DNA from: a phage
Length of the DNA stretch: 64,000 bases
Sequence record: PZ583743.1
Direction: 5' to 3' (one strand)
Below are positions 8,691 to 17,778 of the stretch, piece by piece. Numbering within the stretch: position 1 is the first letter of the stretch; every line of letters starts with the position of its first letter. A model generated the notes under the pieces. The model was not told the DNA's origin and did no database searches. It saw only the letters and a program-made list of their open reading frames with translations. The position numbers and the translations under genes were made by a program.

Positions 8691-11639
8691 ATGGCTACTT
8701 TAAAACAAATACAATTTAAAAGAAGCAAAACTGCAGGTCAACTTCCTGCCGCTTCAGTATTAGCCGAAGGTGAATTGGCTATTAATTTAAAAGATAAAAC
8801 AATTTTCACAAAAGATGACTCAGGCAATGTTATAGAATTAGGTTTAAAATATGGAGGAACAATTGATGGTTCTTTAACTGTTAATGGAAATATAATTGGA
8901 AATTTAACAGGTAACGCTGCAACTGCAACGAAATTAAAAACAGCACGAAAAATTAATGGTATATCCTTTGATGGGTCAAAAGATATCACGCTAACTCCAT
9001 CTGACATAAATGTCAATAGCACAACATTTATAAAAAATAATGGCGAATTACCTGTTGATGCTAATTTAGATGAGTATGGGCCTGTTGAAGAATATCTTGG
9101 AGTTTGGTCGAAAGCAACTTCAACCAACGCTCAACCAGCAAATAAATTTCCAGAACAAAATGCTGTAGGTGTGCTAGAAGTATTTGTGGCCGGTCAATTT
9201 GCTGGTACTCAGAGATATACAACTAGATACGGAAATGTTTATATTCGTTCCTTGACTGCTACATGGAACGGAGTAAATGGTCCGTGGAGTGTGTGGCGAA
9301 ATATTCAATCCGGTACTCGTCCACTGTCAACAACAATTGATCTTAATGATCTAGGAGGCGCTGAACACTTTGGTTTGTGGCGAAATAGTTCAAATTCCAT
9401 TGCTACCTTTGACAGAAATTTCCCAGAAGAAGGATCGTCAGCTCAAGGACTTTTAGAAGTATATGAAGGTGGAAACTATTCTCGCACACAGAGATATACG
9501 ACCAGATTTGGTGTTGTTTATACTCGCTGTCTTACTGCTGCGTGGGATGCTTCTGCGCCTAAATGGGGACCGTGGCAACAAGTCGGTAATGTCACACCGG
9601 CGACTTTCTATGACGGAAACCTGAATGATTTTAAAACTCCTGGGTTATATAATATTTTAGGCACTGATGCCGTTATTAATTGTCCTACAGGCGAAGGTTT
9701 ACCAGCCGTTATTGTTGGTTTGCTGGAAGTTAAACAACGTGCTTCTGGCGGTGCTATTTTCCAAAAATTTACTACTGCCGGAACGGGTGAAACTACTCGC
9801 GATCGTATTTTTGAGCGCGCATATACCGGCGGTGCGTGGGGTGCATGGAACGAAGTATATACATCTTATTCTCTGCCAATTACTTTGGGTATGGGTGGTA
9901 TTAAAGCTCAATTAGCGGAGTTAGATTGGCAAACCTTTGATTTTGTCCCTGGTAGTATGTTTAGCGTTCCTTTGAACAAAATAAAGAACATGCCAGCTAA
10001 TATGGATTGGGGTACGATTGACGGAAACTTAATTATGTTTTCTGTTGGTCCTAGCGAGCACACCAGCACAGGACGTACTGTTCAGGTTTGGCGTGGTACT
10101 GTATCCCAGACAAACTACCGTTATTTTGTCGTTCGTGTATTCGGTAATTCAGGAAATAGAACTTGCACAGTTCGTCGCGTTGTTCTTGAAGATGGTCGCC
10201 ATTCTTGGACGGCACAACAAGATTTTAGGGGCGCGGTTAATCTTTACGGTGCTACATATCTTCGTTCAAACAATAAATTAACATTAGATCCGAGTGCATA
10301 TATTCAAGCACCAGCAAGCGGTTCTGGTTCTAATACTTACGCAAATCAGAATACTACTATTGCGCCATTATATCAGGCCATTGACGATTCAAATAAAAAC
10401 CAGTTTGCTCCTATTGTAAAACAGAAAAACACTGTAACAAATATTACTATGGCTTCTGGTATGGATATTGCTAGTTCAGAATATCGTATCATTGCTCAAG
10501 GTGATTTATCCGCTACTGGAACTACAGCTAATGAATTAGCTACATGGCGTTTCTTGCCGTCTGGCCGATTCATGTCACAAAGCCGAGTTTATGCTGGCGC
10601 AGCATTCCTTAATACCGATGGTAATATTGCTGGTTCAATCTGGAAGAAATATAACAATGCGACAAATTTAGATGCTGCCTTGAATACTCGCGTAGGTAAA
10701 GGCGGTGATACGATGACAGGTCGGTTAACAATCAATGCACCTAATGATTCTATCGTATTATCAACAACTGCTAGTAATTCTTTGCATATTCGCGGTGACA
10801 TAGACGGGACTGGTAACTGGTATATTGGCAAGGGTGGTGCTGATAATTCGCTAGCATTTTATAGCTATGCTACTCAGGCGGCAGTACATATCACAAACAA
10901 TGGTGAGATTTCGCTAAATCCACAAAATATCGCAATGGTTAACGTTAACCGCGATCGTGTACACATTAACGGTTCTGGATGGATTGCTAGACAACCGGGT
11001 GATTGGGGCAACCAATGGCGAGTAGAAGCTCCATTATTCGTTGATCATGGTTATGTTTCACAGGATTGTTATTATCCTATTCTTAAAGCAAGAAGCGTTA
11101 TAACCAATCAAGGATATAGCACCGCTGTTGACTTTGGTATGCGTCGTATTCCATCACAGTGGGGGCAAGCAATCATTCGTGTCGGATCCACGGAGGCTTC
11201 TCCTGATGCTGGACACCCACAAGCTGTGTTTGAATTCCATCATGATGGATTCTTTTATACACCAGGAAATGGTAGCTTTAGCGATGTGTATATTCGTTCT
11301 GACTCCCGTCTCAAGATTAATAAAGAAGAATTAGAATATGGAGCGGTCGAAAAAGTTTGCCGACTGAAAGTTTATATTTACGATAAAGTTAAGTCTATTA
11401 AAGACCGTAGTGTTATTAAACGTGAAGTTGGTATTATTGCTCAGGACCTTGAAAAGGAATTACCGGAAGCTGTATCTAAAGTTGAAGTTGATGGATCTGA
11501 TGTTCTGACAATTTCTAACTCTGCTGTGAATGCTCTTTTAATTAAGGCTATTCAGGAAATGAGTGAAGAAATTAAAGAATTGAAAACGCCTCTCTTTACT
11601 AAAATTGTTCGCAAAATTAGTAAATATTTTAAATTCTAA
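8691..11639 (+). CDS. 37: gp37 long tail fibre distal subunit, T2-type with C-terminal self-cleaving chaperone-like module
   Basis: 982 aa; N-terminus MATLKQIQFKRSKTAGQLPAASVLAEGELA; C-terminal ~113 aa begins SDSRLKINKEELEYG, resembling an S74-type intramolecular chaperone cleavage motif. Confidence 0.9.
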   Translation: MATLKQIQFKRSKTAGQLPAASVLAEGELAINLKDKTIFTKDDSGNVIELGLKYGGTIDGSLTVNGNIIGNLTGNAATATKLKTARKINGISFDGSKDITLTPSDINVNSTTFIKNNGELPVDANLDEYGPVEEYLGVWSKATSTNAQPANKFPEQNAVGVLEVFVAGQFAGTQRYTTRYGNVYIRSLTATWNGVNGPWSVWRNIQSGTRPLSTTIDLNDLGGAEHFGLWRNSSNSIATFDRNFPEEGSSAQGLLEVYEGGNYSRTQRYTTRFGVVYTRCLTAAWDASAPKWGPWQQVGNVTPATFYDGNLNDFKTPGLYNILGTDAVINCPTGEGLPAVIVGLLEVKQRASGGAIFQKFTTAGTGETTRDRIFERAYTGGAWGAWNEVYTSYSLPITLGMGGIKAQLAELDWQTFDFVPGSMFSVPLNKIKNMPANMDWGTIDGNLIMFSVGPSEHTSTGRTVQVWRGTVSQTNYRYFVVRVFGNSGNRTCTVRRVVLEDGRHSWTAQQDFRGAVNLYGATYLRSNNKLTLDPSAYIQAPASGSGSNTYANQNTTIAPLYQAIDDSNKNQFAPIVKQKNTVTNITMASGMDIASSEYRIIAQGDLSATGTTANELATWRFLPSGRFMSQSRVYAGAAFLNTDGNIAGSIWKKYNNATNLDAALNTRVGKGGDTMTGRLTINAPNDSIVLSTTASNSLHIRGDIDGTGNWYIGKGGADNSLAFYSYATQAAVHITNNGEISLNPQNIAMVNVNRDRVHINGSGWIARQPGDWGNQWRVEAPLFVDHGYVSQDCYYPILKARSVITNQGYSTAVDFGMRRIPSQWGQAIIRVGSTEASPDAGHPQAVFEFHHDGFFYTPGNGSFSDVYIRSDSRLKINKEELEYGAVEKVCRLKVYIYDKVKSIKDRSVIKREVGIIAQDLEKELPEAVSKVEVDGSDVLTISNSAVNALLIKAIQEMSEEIKELKTPLFTKIVRKISKYFKF

Positions 11640-11644
11640 CAACA

Positions 11645-11663
11645 AGGGGGAAATGCCCCCTTT
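11645..11663 (+). terminator. Hairpin (GGGGG-aaaug-CCCCC + UUU) after gene 37; weak terminator or RNA structure
   Basis: Read directly; short U-run. Confidence 0.4.
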
Positions 11664-11675
11664 GGAGTATAAATT

Positions 11676-12458
11676 ATGGCAGTAGTTAGTGTTCCTGGTT
11701 GGATTGGAAGTTCAGCCGCAAATGAAACAGGGCAACGATGGATGAGTCAAGCGGCTGGTCAACTAAGATTGGGTGTTCCTTGCTGGATGAGTCAATTTTC
11801 AGGTCGCTCGCGAGAAATTATTCATACACTTGGTGCAGACCATAACTTCAATGGTCAGTGGTTCCGTGATAGATGCTTTGAGGCAGGTAGTACACCTATA
11901 GTGTTTAATATTACAGGTGATTTAGTATCATATTCTAAAGATGTTCCTTTATTCTTTATGTACGGAGATACACCGAATGAATATGTTCAGTTGAATATAC
12001 ATGGCGTAACGATGTATGGTCGTGGCGGGAATGGCGGTAGCAATAGTCCTGGATCAGCTGGGGGTCATTGTATTCAAAATGATATTGGTGGGAGACTAAG
12101 AATTAATAATGGCGGAGCTATTGCTGGCGGTGGCGGTGGCGGTGGCGGCGGATATTATTCTCCTTTTTCACAAATGAGATTGACCTTTGGCGGTGGCGGC
12201 GGTCGTCCGTTTGGCGCTCCGGGCGGATCTATTGATATGCAATCAGGAGCAACTGCTGGTACTATTTCTGCACCAGGCTCAGGGTCTGTGAACGGTATCT
12301 ATAGCGGCGGGTCTGGTGGTGAAGTTGGATCCGCAGGGGGTAGATGTAATATTCGTGGTCAAGGATATGAATACGATGGCGGAGCTGCTGGTTATGCCGT
12401 CATAGGGTCTACGCCGACATGGCAAAACGTTGGAGCAATATATGGTCCAAGAGTATAA
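11676..12458 (+). CDS. 38: gp38 receptor-recognising adhesin (T2-type, glycine-rich)
   Basis: 260 aa (T4 gp38 chaperone is 183 aa; T2-type adhesin ~260 aa); poly-Gly stretches [11 protein letters not shown] and GGGGG. Confidence 0.85.
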   Translation: MAVVSVPGWIGSSAANETGQRWMSQAAGQLRLGVPCWMSQFSGRSREIIHTLGADHNFNGQWFRDRCFEAGSTPIVFNITGDLVSYSKDVPLFFMYGDTPNEYVQLNIHGVTMYGRGGNGGSNSPGSAGGHCIQNDIGGRLRINNGGAIAGGGGGGGGGYYSPFSQMRLTFGGGGGRPFGAPGGSIDMQSGATAGTISAPGSGSVNGIYSGGSGGEVGSAGGRCNIRGQGYEYDGGAAGYAVIGSTPTWQNVGAIYGPRV

Positions 12459-12488
12459 TTTGAATAAATATCCTTAAAAGGAGGGTCT

Positions 12489-13145
12489 ATGGCAGCACCT
12501 AGAATATCATTTTCGCCCTCTGATATTCTGTTGGGTGTTCTAGATCGCTTGTTCAAAGATAACGCTACCGGGAATGTTCTTGCTTCCCGGGTAGCTGTCG
12601 TAATTCTTTTATTTATGATGGCGATTGTTTGGTATAGGGGAGATAGTTTCTTTGAGTACTATAAGCAATCAAAGTATGAAACATACAGTGAAATTATTGA
12701 AAAGGAAAGAAATGCACGCTTTGAATCTGTCGCCCTGGAACAACTCCAGATAGTTCATATATCATCTGAGGCAGACTTTAGTGCGGTGTATTCTTTCCGC
12801 CCTAAAAACTTAAACTATTTTGTTGATATTATAGCATATGAAGGAAAATTACCTTCAACAATAAGTGAAAAATCACTTGGAGGATATCCTGTTGATAAAA
12901 CTATGGATGAATATACAGTTCATTTAAATGGACGTCATTATTATTCCAATTCAAAATTTGCTTTTTTACCAACTAAAAAGCCTACTCCCGAAATAAACTA
13001 CATGTACAGTTGTCCATATTTTAATTTGGATAATATCTATGCTGGAACAATAACCATGTACTGGTATAGAAATGATCATATAAGTAATGACCGCCTTGAA
13101 TCAATATGTGCTCAGGCGGCCAGAATATTAGGAAGGGCTAAATAA
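12489..13145 (+). CDS. t: Holin T
   Basis: 218 aa as in T4; one TM segment VAVVILLFMMAIVWY; strong SD AAGGAGGG. Confidence 0.9.
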   Translation: MAAPRISFSPSDILLGVLDRLFKDNATGNVLASRVAVVILLFMMAIVWYRGDSFFEYYKQSKYETYSEIIEKERNARFESVALEQLQIVHISSEADFSAVYSFRPKNLNYFVDIIAYEGKLPSTISEKSLGGYPVDKTMDEYTVHLNGRHYYSNSKFAFLPTKKPTPEINYMYSCPYFNLDNIYAGTITMYWYRNDHISNDRLESICAQAARILGRAK

Positions 13146-13418
13146 TTATTTGTTTGTATACATCTCTAGATATCGATATACACCCTCAAAACCCTCGTTG
13201 AATTCGTCGATGAGGGTTTTCTTATCTTCTTGAGTTAATTCAGAAACAATTTTACGGAATGAATTCTGATTTAACTTTCTACCTTCATGCGTTACTCCAA
13301 TCTCATTCAGAAATGCAATAAAATTAGCACGATTCTCAACAATATCTTCTCTGGAAAATTTAATCAAAATAGACGCAACAGTAATAATTTCACGAACTGT
13401 ATCAATATTTTTATTCAT
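13146..13418 (-). CDS. asiA: AsiA anti-sigma70 factor
   Basis: 90 aa; MNKNIDTVREIITVASILIKFSREDIVENRANFIAF matches recalled T4 AsiA. Confidence 0.9.
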   Translation of the reverse strand: MNKNIDTVREIITVASILIKFSREDIVENRANFIAFLNEIGVTHEGRKLNQNSFRKIVSELTQEDKKTLIDEFNEGFEGVYRYLEMYTNK

Positions 13419-13430
13419 TAACTATACCAC

Positions 13431-13583
13431 TCAATTAGTTGACTTTATTATAATATCATCAGACGCTTTATTTGTAAACTGGTCTGTGTTATTTTCTTCA
13501 AAAATTTTTTCTACGAATTCTTTGAACGACTCACGTTCCTGAGCTACATTATGCTCGATTACCTTTTCAAGATTATGACTCAT
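13431..13583 (-). CDS. Small ORF (50 aa) between arn and asiA, asiA.1-like
   Basis: Manual translation MSHNLEKVIEHNVAQERESF...; ATG overlaps arn stop (ATGA); below the ORF-track size cutoff. Confidence 0.5.
   Translation of the reverse strand: MSHNLEKVIEHNVAQERESFKEFVEKIFEENNTDQFTNKASDDIIIKSTN
13450..13479 (-). promoter_or_regulatory. Early promoter (GTTTAC-18-TATTAT) embedded in the asiA.1 ORF, directed at asiA
   Basis: Plus-strand ataata...gtaaac. Confidence 0.45.
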
Positions 13584-13858
13584 TCGAAATAATCTTCAAT
13601 TTCGTAATCATGGACATAAATCATTATAGTTTTTAATACATCATCAATACTTTTTCCTGGAGCTGGAATTACGTAAAAATATCCCTCCTTTGAGTTATCT
13701 TTATAAGTTCCAATCAAGAAATCATTATTCTCGCGATGTAGTTCTTCAACTAATTCATTAACAATTGAGTGGTATAAATTTGGTAGAAACTTATATAGCT
13801 TTTCTAGAATATCAATTTTGATTGTGTATTGAACCACAGATTGAGAATCAATAATCAT
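13580..13858 (-). CDS. arn: Arn anti-restriction nuclease protein (McrBC inhibitor)
   Basis: 92 aa as in T4 Arn; synteny next to asiA. Confidence 0.75.
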   Translation of the reverse strand: MIIDSQSVVQYTIKIDILEKLYKFLPNLYHSIVNELVEELHRENNDFLIGTYKDNSKEGYFYVIPAPGKSIDDVLKTIMIYVHDYEIEDYFE

Positions 13859-13941
13859 AGACCTTCCCCTTATGTTTCTGTTTGCGATTAGATTCTTTAA
13901 ACGCTTTCTTCTTATCCTTATGGACAGAAGCTTTATTAAAA

Positions 13942-14160
13942 TTATGTTTTGCGACTAAATTGTTCATAGTGCTGAATTACCTCTCTTAAACATTTGCATG
14001 TGAATGAAAACTTTTTAGCTACACCACATTCAAATATATGTTCTCTTAAATCACGCGTGTCAGTATATCCCATCTCAACAATAAAATGCCGTATTAGATT
14101 TTTATCTTTATCGTTGAGGGAATTAAAATAATCGGATTTTGAATTAATTTCCCTGGCCAA
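13942..14160 (-). CDS. Hypothetical protein (72 aa), arn-motA interval
   Basis: ORF track; tight minus-strand packing. Confidence 0.5.
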   Translation of the reverse strand: MAREINSKSDYFNSLNDKDKNLIRHFIVEMGYTDTRDLREHIFECGVAKKFSFTCKCLREVIQHYEQFSRKT

Positions 14161-14440
14161 ATTGAATCACCTTCAGTTGACGTTTTAGTTCTTTTATCAT
14201 TTCTTCGTTCATCGCAATATAAAGATCACGTAAAGCAGGTTTTAGCATTCCATTTATTGGGGAACTAAATGGACATACATAATCTTTTCCTACGAGCTTT
14301 TTAGTTAATTCCATATCACAAAACTGAAATGCAGGTTCATTAGCATAAATTCCCCAATTAGTTGACATCATTTTATTGGCATATTCCAACGCCTGGATTT
14401 GATTAGTAATTCCATCAATTTGAAACTTTTTAATATTCAT
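14144..14440 (-). CDS. Hypothetical protein (98 aa)
   Basis: ORF track; start overlaps upstream ORF stop. Confidence 0.5.
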   Translation of the reverse strand: MNIKKFQIDGITNQIQALEYANKMMSTNWGIYANEPAFQFCDMELTKKLVGKDYVCPFSSPINGMLKPALRDLYIAMNEEMIKELKRQLKVIQFGQGN

Positions 14441-14901
14441 TAGTAAAGGTCCTCAGAGTAAAGTTCTTTTTCACTACCACCACGTTCAATACGTACTTGT
14501 CCAGCGTAAGTTGCAATAATCATTGCTTCTTCACGTGTCCAATAATTACTATATTGGTCAATAAACCCTTGATCACCATCACAAACTTGCTGAGTAACTA
14601 ATTGAGGTTTAACTACATCTAAAACTTCTGCCATATCTTTAGAATAATGACGAGCACCCGGAATAATAAGAGTTCGTCCATCTTTTAATTTAAAACGGTT
14701 GGCTGCGCAAACAATTCGTCGTTGATACTTTTGGTTTTCGTCCCAATATGCGGTCTGCCAACAGATTTCAGGAACTTCTTTTAGAATATCTTCTTCTGTG
14801 CATTTATAACCATGTGCTTTAAATTTTTCAACAAGACTTTCTGGAGTTTCACGAGATAAAGGAACATTCAACATTTTTAAACGATTAATAAATGGATTCA
14901 T
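14440..14901 (-). CDS. Hypothetical protein (153 aa)
   Basis: ORF track; overlapping stop/start with neighbours. Confidence 0.55.
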   Translation of the reverse strand: MNPFINRLKMLNVPLSRETPESLVEKFKAHGYKCTEEDILKEVPEICWQTAYWDENQKYQRRIVCAANRFKLKDGRTLIIPGARHYSKDMAEVLDVVKPQLVTQQVCDGDQGFIDQYSNYWTREEAMIIATYAGQVRIERGGSEKELYSEDLY

Positions 14902-15227
14902 TTAAACCATCCTTTAATACGCTGCCACAAAGTTTTCTGCTGAGCTTTGTTAACACCAATTGAGCGAATAACTGGTTGAGATTCCTGGAATTCTTTATAA
15001 TCAGCAAGGTAAATTTCGTAAGCTGAATCTGTAAAGGAACTTATAGCTGCCATGAAATTATTGCGAATGCCTACTGGAGCATCTTTACTTTCACGAATAA
15101 TCATGTATTTGCCAGTCTTAATCTTTACGATAGTTCCAAGATAAGCTCCATGATACCAGATGTCCCACCCCTCTTGAGTGGGTTCTGCACAACGACGAAG
15201 TTCATTGATAATTTCTAACTTGTTCAT
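14898..15227 (-). CDS. Hypothetical protein (109 aa)
   Basis: ORF track. Confidence 0.5.
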   Translation of the reverse strand: MNKLEIINELRRCAEPTQEGWDIWYHGAYLGTIVKIKTGKYMIIRESKDAPVGIRNNFMAAISSFTDSAYEIYLADYKEFQESQPVIRSIGVNKAQQKTLWQRIKGWFK

Positions 15228-15237
15228 TATTTATTCC

Positions 15238-15873
15238 TCACAGTTCAGATGCTACGGTGATTACAGCTTCAATGTTTTCTGCCGAGCGTTTAATGTCAAG
15301 ATACACATTACCGTTTTTAGCGATTTTACATGACATTCCGATATCAGTAAATTTCTGAATATGATGTTCCATCATTTTGTATCCAAAAATTCGCATATTT
15401 CCATTGTTGTTAATTTCAAAATTACGAATTCCGTGAGTGCGTTTTTCTAAAATAGCGAGATAGTTACTACGATAAGTTTCAATCTTTTTAAGAACAAATC
15501 CATTTTCATCTAAAAGTTTTAACATGAAGTCTTTATCTTCTTCCATATCAGAAGTAATTTCGCGAGCTTTACGTGTTGCTCGTTTTTTCAACAGTTCAGG
15601 AGCATTTTCCTGTGCGTATAAAGTTGCCGCATTTGAAATAATATCCTGAGCTTCACCAGTAATGATTAATCCATCACCAGATTTCTCCACCAGGCCTTTT
15701 TTAATCAATACCCCAATATTACTATTAACTACTGCATTACCTAAATCTGGATGCACCTCACGAACTTCTGCAGCTGTAATGAAATCTTTCTTAGCAATGG
15801 TAATTAAAATCGCAGCAGTTTTTTCATTCAGAACATCGTTAGAAGCTTTGATGATGTAAGTTACTTTAGACAT
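15238..15873 (-). CDS. motA: MotA middle-transcription activator
   Basis: 211 aa as in T4; N-terminus MSKVTYIIKASNDVLNEKTAAILITIAKKDFITAAEV. Confidence 0.9.
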   Translation of the reverse strand: MSKVTYIIKASNDVLNEKTAAILITIAKKDFITAAEVREVHPDLGNAVVNSNIGVLIKKGLVEKSGDGLIITGEAQDIISNAATLYAQENAPELLKKRATRKAREITSDMEEDKDFMLKLLDENGFVLKKIETYRSNYLAILEKRTHGIRNFEINNNGNMRIFGYKMMEHHIQKFTDIGMSCKIAKNGNVYLDIKRSAENIEAVITVASEL

Positions 15874-15913
15874 TTTCTAATCTCCGTAATTCTGTATCAG
15901 TAGTTGATAGTTG

Positions 15914-15944
15914 TATAGTACCACAGTATGCTTTGGTTGTAAAC
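15914..15944 (-). promoter_or_regulatory. Early promoter upstream of motA (GTTTAC ... GGTACTATAC)
   Basis: Plus-strand gtatagtacc...gtaaac; part of a repeated promoter cassette. Confidence 0.55.
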
Positions 15945-15968
15945 AGTTTTGTGAAAAAAATTTTGAAA

Positions 15969-15995
15969 TAAAAAAGGGAGAGCCTCAGCTCTCCC
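15969..15995 (-). terminator. Rho-independent terminator (GGGAGAGC-UGAG-GCUCUCCC + U6) downstream of the gene 52 operon
   Basis: Perfect 8-bp stem followed by a 6-nt U-run on the minus strand. Confidence 0.75.
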
Positions 15996-16000
15996 TAAAA

Positions 16001-16150
16001 TTACTGCATGACTGTGATAACTGTCATGATAACACGTTGAATGCCGAACGCAAGAAGACCTCCTGCTACGGCTGGAACAACACCTAGCCCCGCTAGTAAA
16101 ATGCCACCAGATACTAATGCCGCGCTTGTAATACCAATGAATGGACTCAT
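16001..16150 (-). CDS. Small hydrophobic membrane protein (49 aa) coupled to gene 52
   Basis: Manual translation MSPFIGITSAALVSGGILLAGLGVVPAVAGG...; ATG overlaps 52 stop (ATGA). Confidence 0.5.
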   Translation of the reverse strand: MSPFIGITSAALVSGGILLAGLGVVPAVAGGLLAFGIQRVIMTVITVMQ

Positions 16151-17475
16151 TTGATTTCCTCTAAATCTTTGGTGTATTCGGTAACTACATCAGTAGTTTT
16201 CCAATATTCGTTTTCTTCTTTTTTAGCTTTAGCTTCTTCAGCAAGTTTCTTTGCTTCATCGGAAGTCATATGAAAAATATTCATTCCGACTAGTTTATCA
16301 ACATAAGAAGAATACATATCAATTTTAGAAAGTTCTTCGGTCAGTTCTTTGCGAGTTTTACCCTGCACAACAATTTCACCTGAAATTACTTTCTTAATGA
16401 AATGTGCCTTGGCAAAGGCTAAACGAAATGCTGATTCAGTTTCTTTAATTTTGTTATCAATTCGTTTTTGGACGTAAGTTTTACGAACTTCAACAAAGTC
16501 TTTAATTAAATCAACTACGTTATCGTAAACTTGTAGCTTTCCTTTCTCATTAATGACTGTAATATTCTGAGAACGACGCTCAATCAACCCGAAGTCTTTC
16601 ATGATTTTTGCATGGCGTTCTTCTTCGTTATCACTCAAAGAGTATTCTTTGCGGAATTTAACTTTAAATCCAAAACCATGCTCACCGCAAGCATCATCCC
16701 ATGTAATGAAGCCTTTATCTTCAAGCGGGTCTAAGATTTTACTCACGTAAGTTTCACGATCATACTTATACGGAATTTCAGTGATATTCATTTGAGTTCG
16801 TGAAGTAAACTTGTACGTTCCACGAATTTCATATTGACCATCAATTTCAACGACTTCACCACGAAATTCTGGGAATTCTACCTTCGGTTTAGTTACTTTC
16901 TTTCCTTGAAGAGCTTGTAGTACAGCTTTCTTGACAGAAGAAACACTATGAGGAAGAATGTAAGTTGCATAACCAGTTGCAATACCGGAAACACCATTAA
17001 GAAGAACAGTAGGAATAATAGGCAAATAGAAAGCAGGAGGAATGTGTTCTTTATCTTGATGTACCGGAGCATATTCAGTATCTTTATATACGTTATAGAA
17101 ATTTTTACTTACGCGAGCAAAAATATAACGACTTGCTGCTGCTTTTTGGACGGTACGAGAACCAAAGTTTCCTTGGCCGTCTAACAAAGGAAAGTTATTA
17201 TTCCATGTGTTAGCCATCAAAGCCCCCGCATCTTGTGCAGAGTTTTCACCATGATGATATCCAAGGTCTGCTACACCACCTGCAATAGAAGCAAGTTTGT
17301 GAAACTTATCTTTATTTCCCCGTGCCAAATCAAGAGCTCGAGCAATAACAAATCGTTGAACTGGCTTAAATCCATCAATCATATTTGGAATAGCACGATT
17401 TTCAACCGTGTACATAGCATAAGCCAATGCTTCATTATCAATGATACTTTTTAAATCGCGATTATTCAGTTGCAT
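16147..17475 (-). CDS. 52: gp52 DNA topoisomerase II medium subunit (GyrA-like)
   Basis: 442 aa as in T4; N-terminus MQLNNRDLKSIIDNEALAYAMYTVENRAIPNMIDGFKPVQR. Confidence 0.9.
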   Translation of the reverse strand: MQLNNRDLKSIIDNEALAYAMYTVENRAIPNMIDGFKPVQRFVIARALDLARGNKDKFHKLASIAGGVADLGYHHGENSAQDAGALMANTWNNNFPLLDGQGNFGSRTVQKAAASRYIFARVSKNFYNVYKDTEYAPVHQDKEHIPPAFYLPIIPTVLLNGVSGIATGYATYILPHSVSSVKKAVLQALQGKKVTKPKVEFPEFRGEVVEIDGQYEIRGTYKFTSRTQMNITEIPYKYDRETYVSKILDPLEDKGFITWDDACGEHGFGFKVKFRKEYSLSDNEEERHAKIMKDFGLIERRSQNITVINEKGKLQVYDNVVDLIKDFVEVRKTYVQKRIDNKIKETESAFRLAFAKAHFIKKVISGEIVVQGKTRKELTEELSKIDMYSSYVDKLVGMNIFHMTSDEAKKLAEEAKAKKEENEYWKTTDVVTEYTKDLEEIK

Positions 17476-17479
17476 AAAT

Positions 17480-17620
17480 TTACCATACTAGTGAATGTAG
17501 TGCCATAATAACATCAGAAATGAAAAGCACGACTTGAATTAATCCGAACATTACTCCATAATATAGCGCTATCAATAAAATAGCAAGGGCTACCGAGTAG
17601 CCCAAGATTTTCTTAATCAT
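17480..17620 (-). CDS. Small membrane protein (46 aa), 52.1-like
   Basis: Manual translation MIKKILGYSVALAILLIALYYGVMFGLIQVV... Confidence 0.45.
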   Translation of the reverse strand: MIKKILGYSVALAILLIALYYGVMFGLIQVVLFISDVIMALHSLVW

Positions 17621-17771
17621 TAGTAGATAACAACACAAATGTTAAATATGCACACATACCCTGGGCTAAAGCTTGTGAAAACACACTGCTAGCATCGATA
17701 CAGATAGTTAAAACACATGCTACTATCCAACAAATAAATGAAATAACTCCTAATAATTTTGCAATATTCAT
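17613..17771 (-). CDS. ac: Ac-like small membrane protein (52 aa)
   Basis: Manual translation MNIAKLLGVISFICWIVACVLTICIDASS...; position between stp and 52 as in T4. Confidence 0.5.
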   Translation of the reverse strand: MNIAKLLGVISFICWIVACVLTICIDASSVFSQALAQGMCAYLTFVLLSTND

Positions 17772-17778
17772 ATTTTCC

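Noticed and set aside
8738-11334. Several antisense or alternative-frame ORFs of 68-129 aa inside gene 37
   Set aside because: All are contained within the continuous gp37 frame; typical shadow ORFs.
11662-11673. TATAAATT just upstream of gene 38 as a late promoter
   Set aside because: It is not the exact TATAAATA consensus and overlaps the SD/start region; gene 38 is more likely co-transcribed with gene 37.
12126-12151. GGC/GGT trinucleotide repeat considered as a non-coding microsatellite or CRISPR-like repeat
   Set aside because: It is in frame within gp38 and encodes the poly-glycine tract; no spacer-repeat array exists anywhere in the window.
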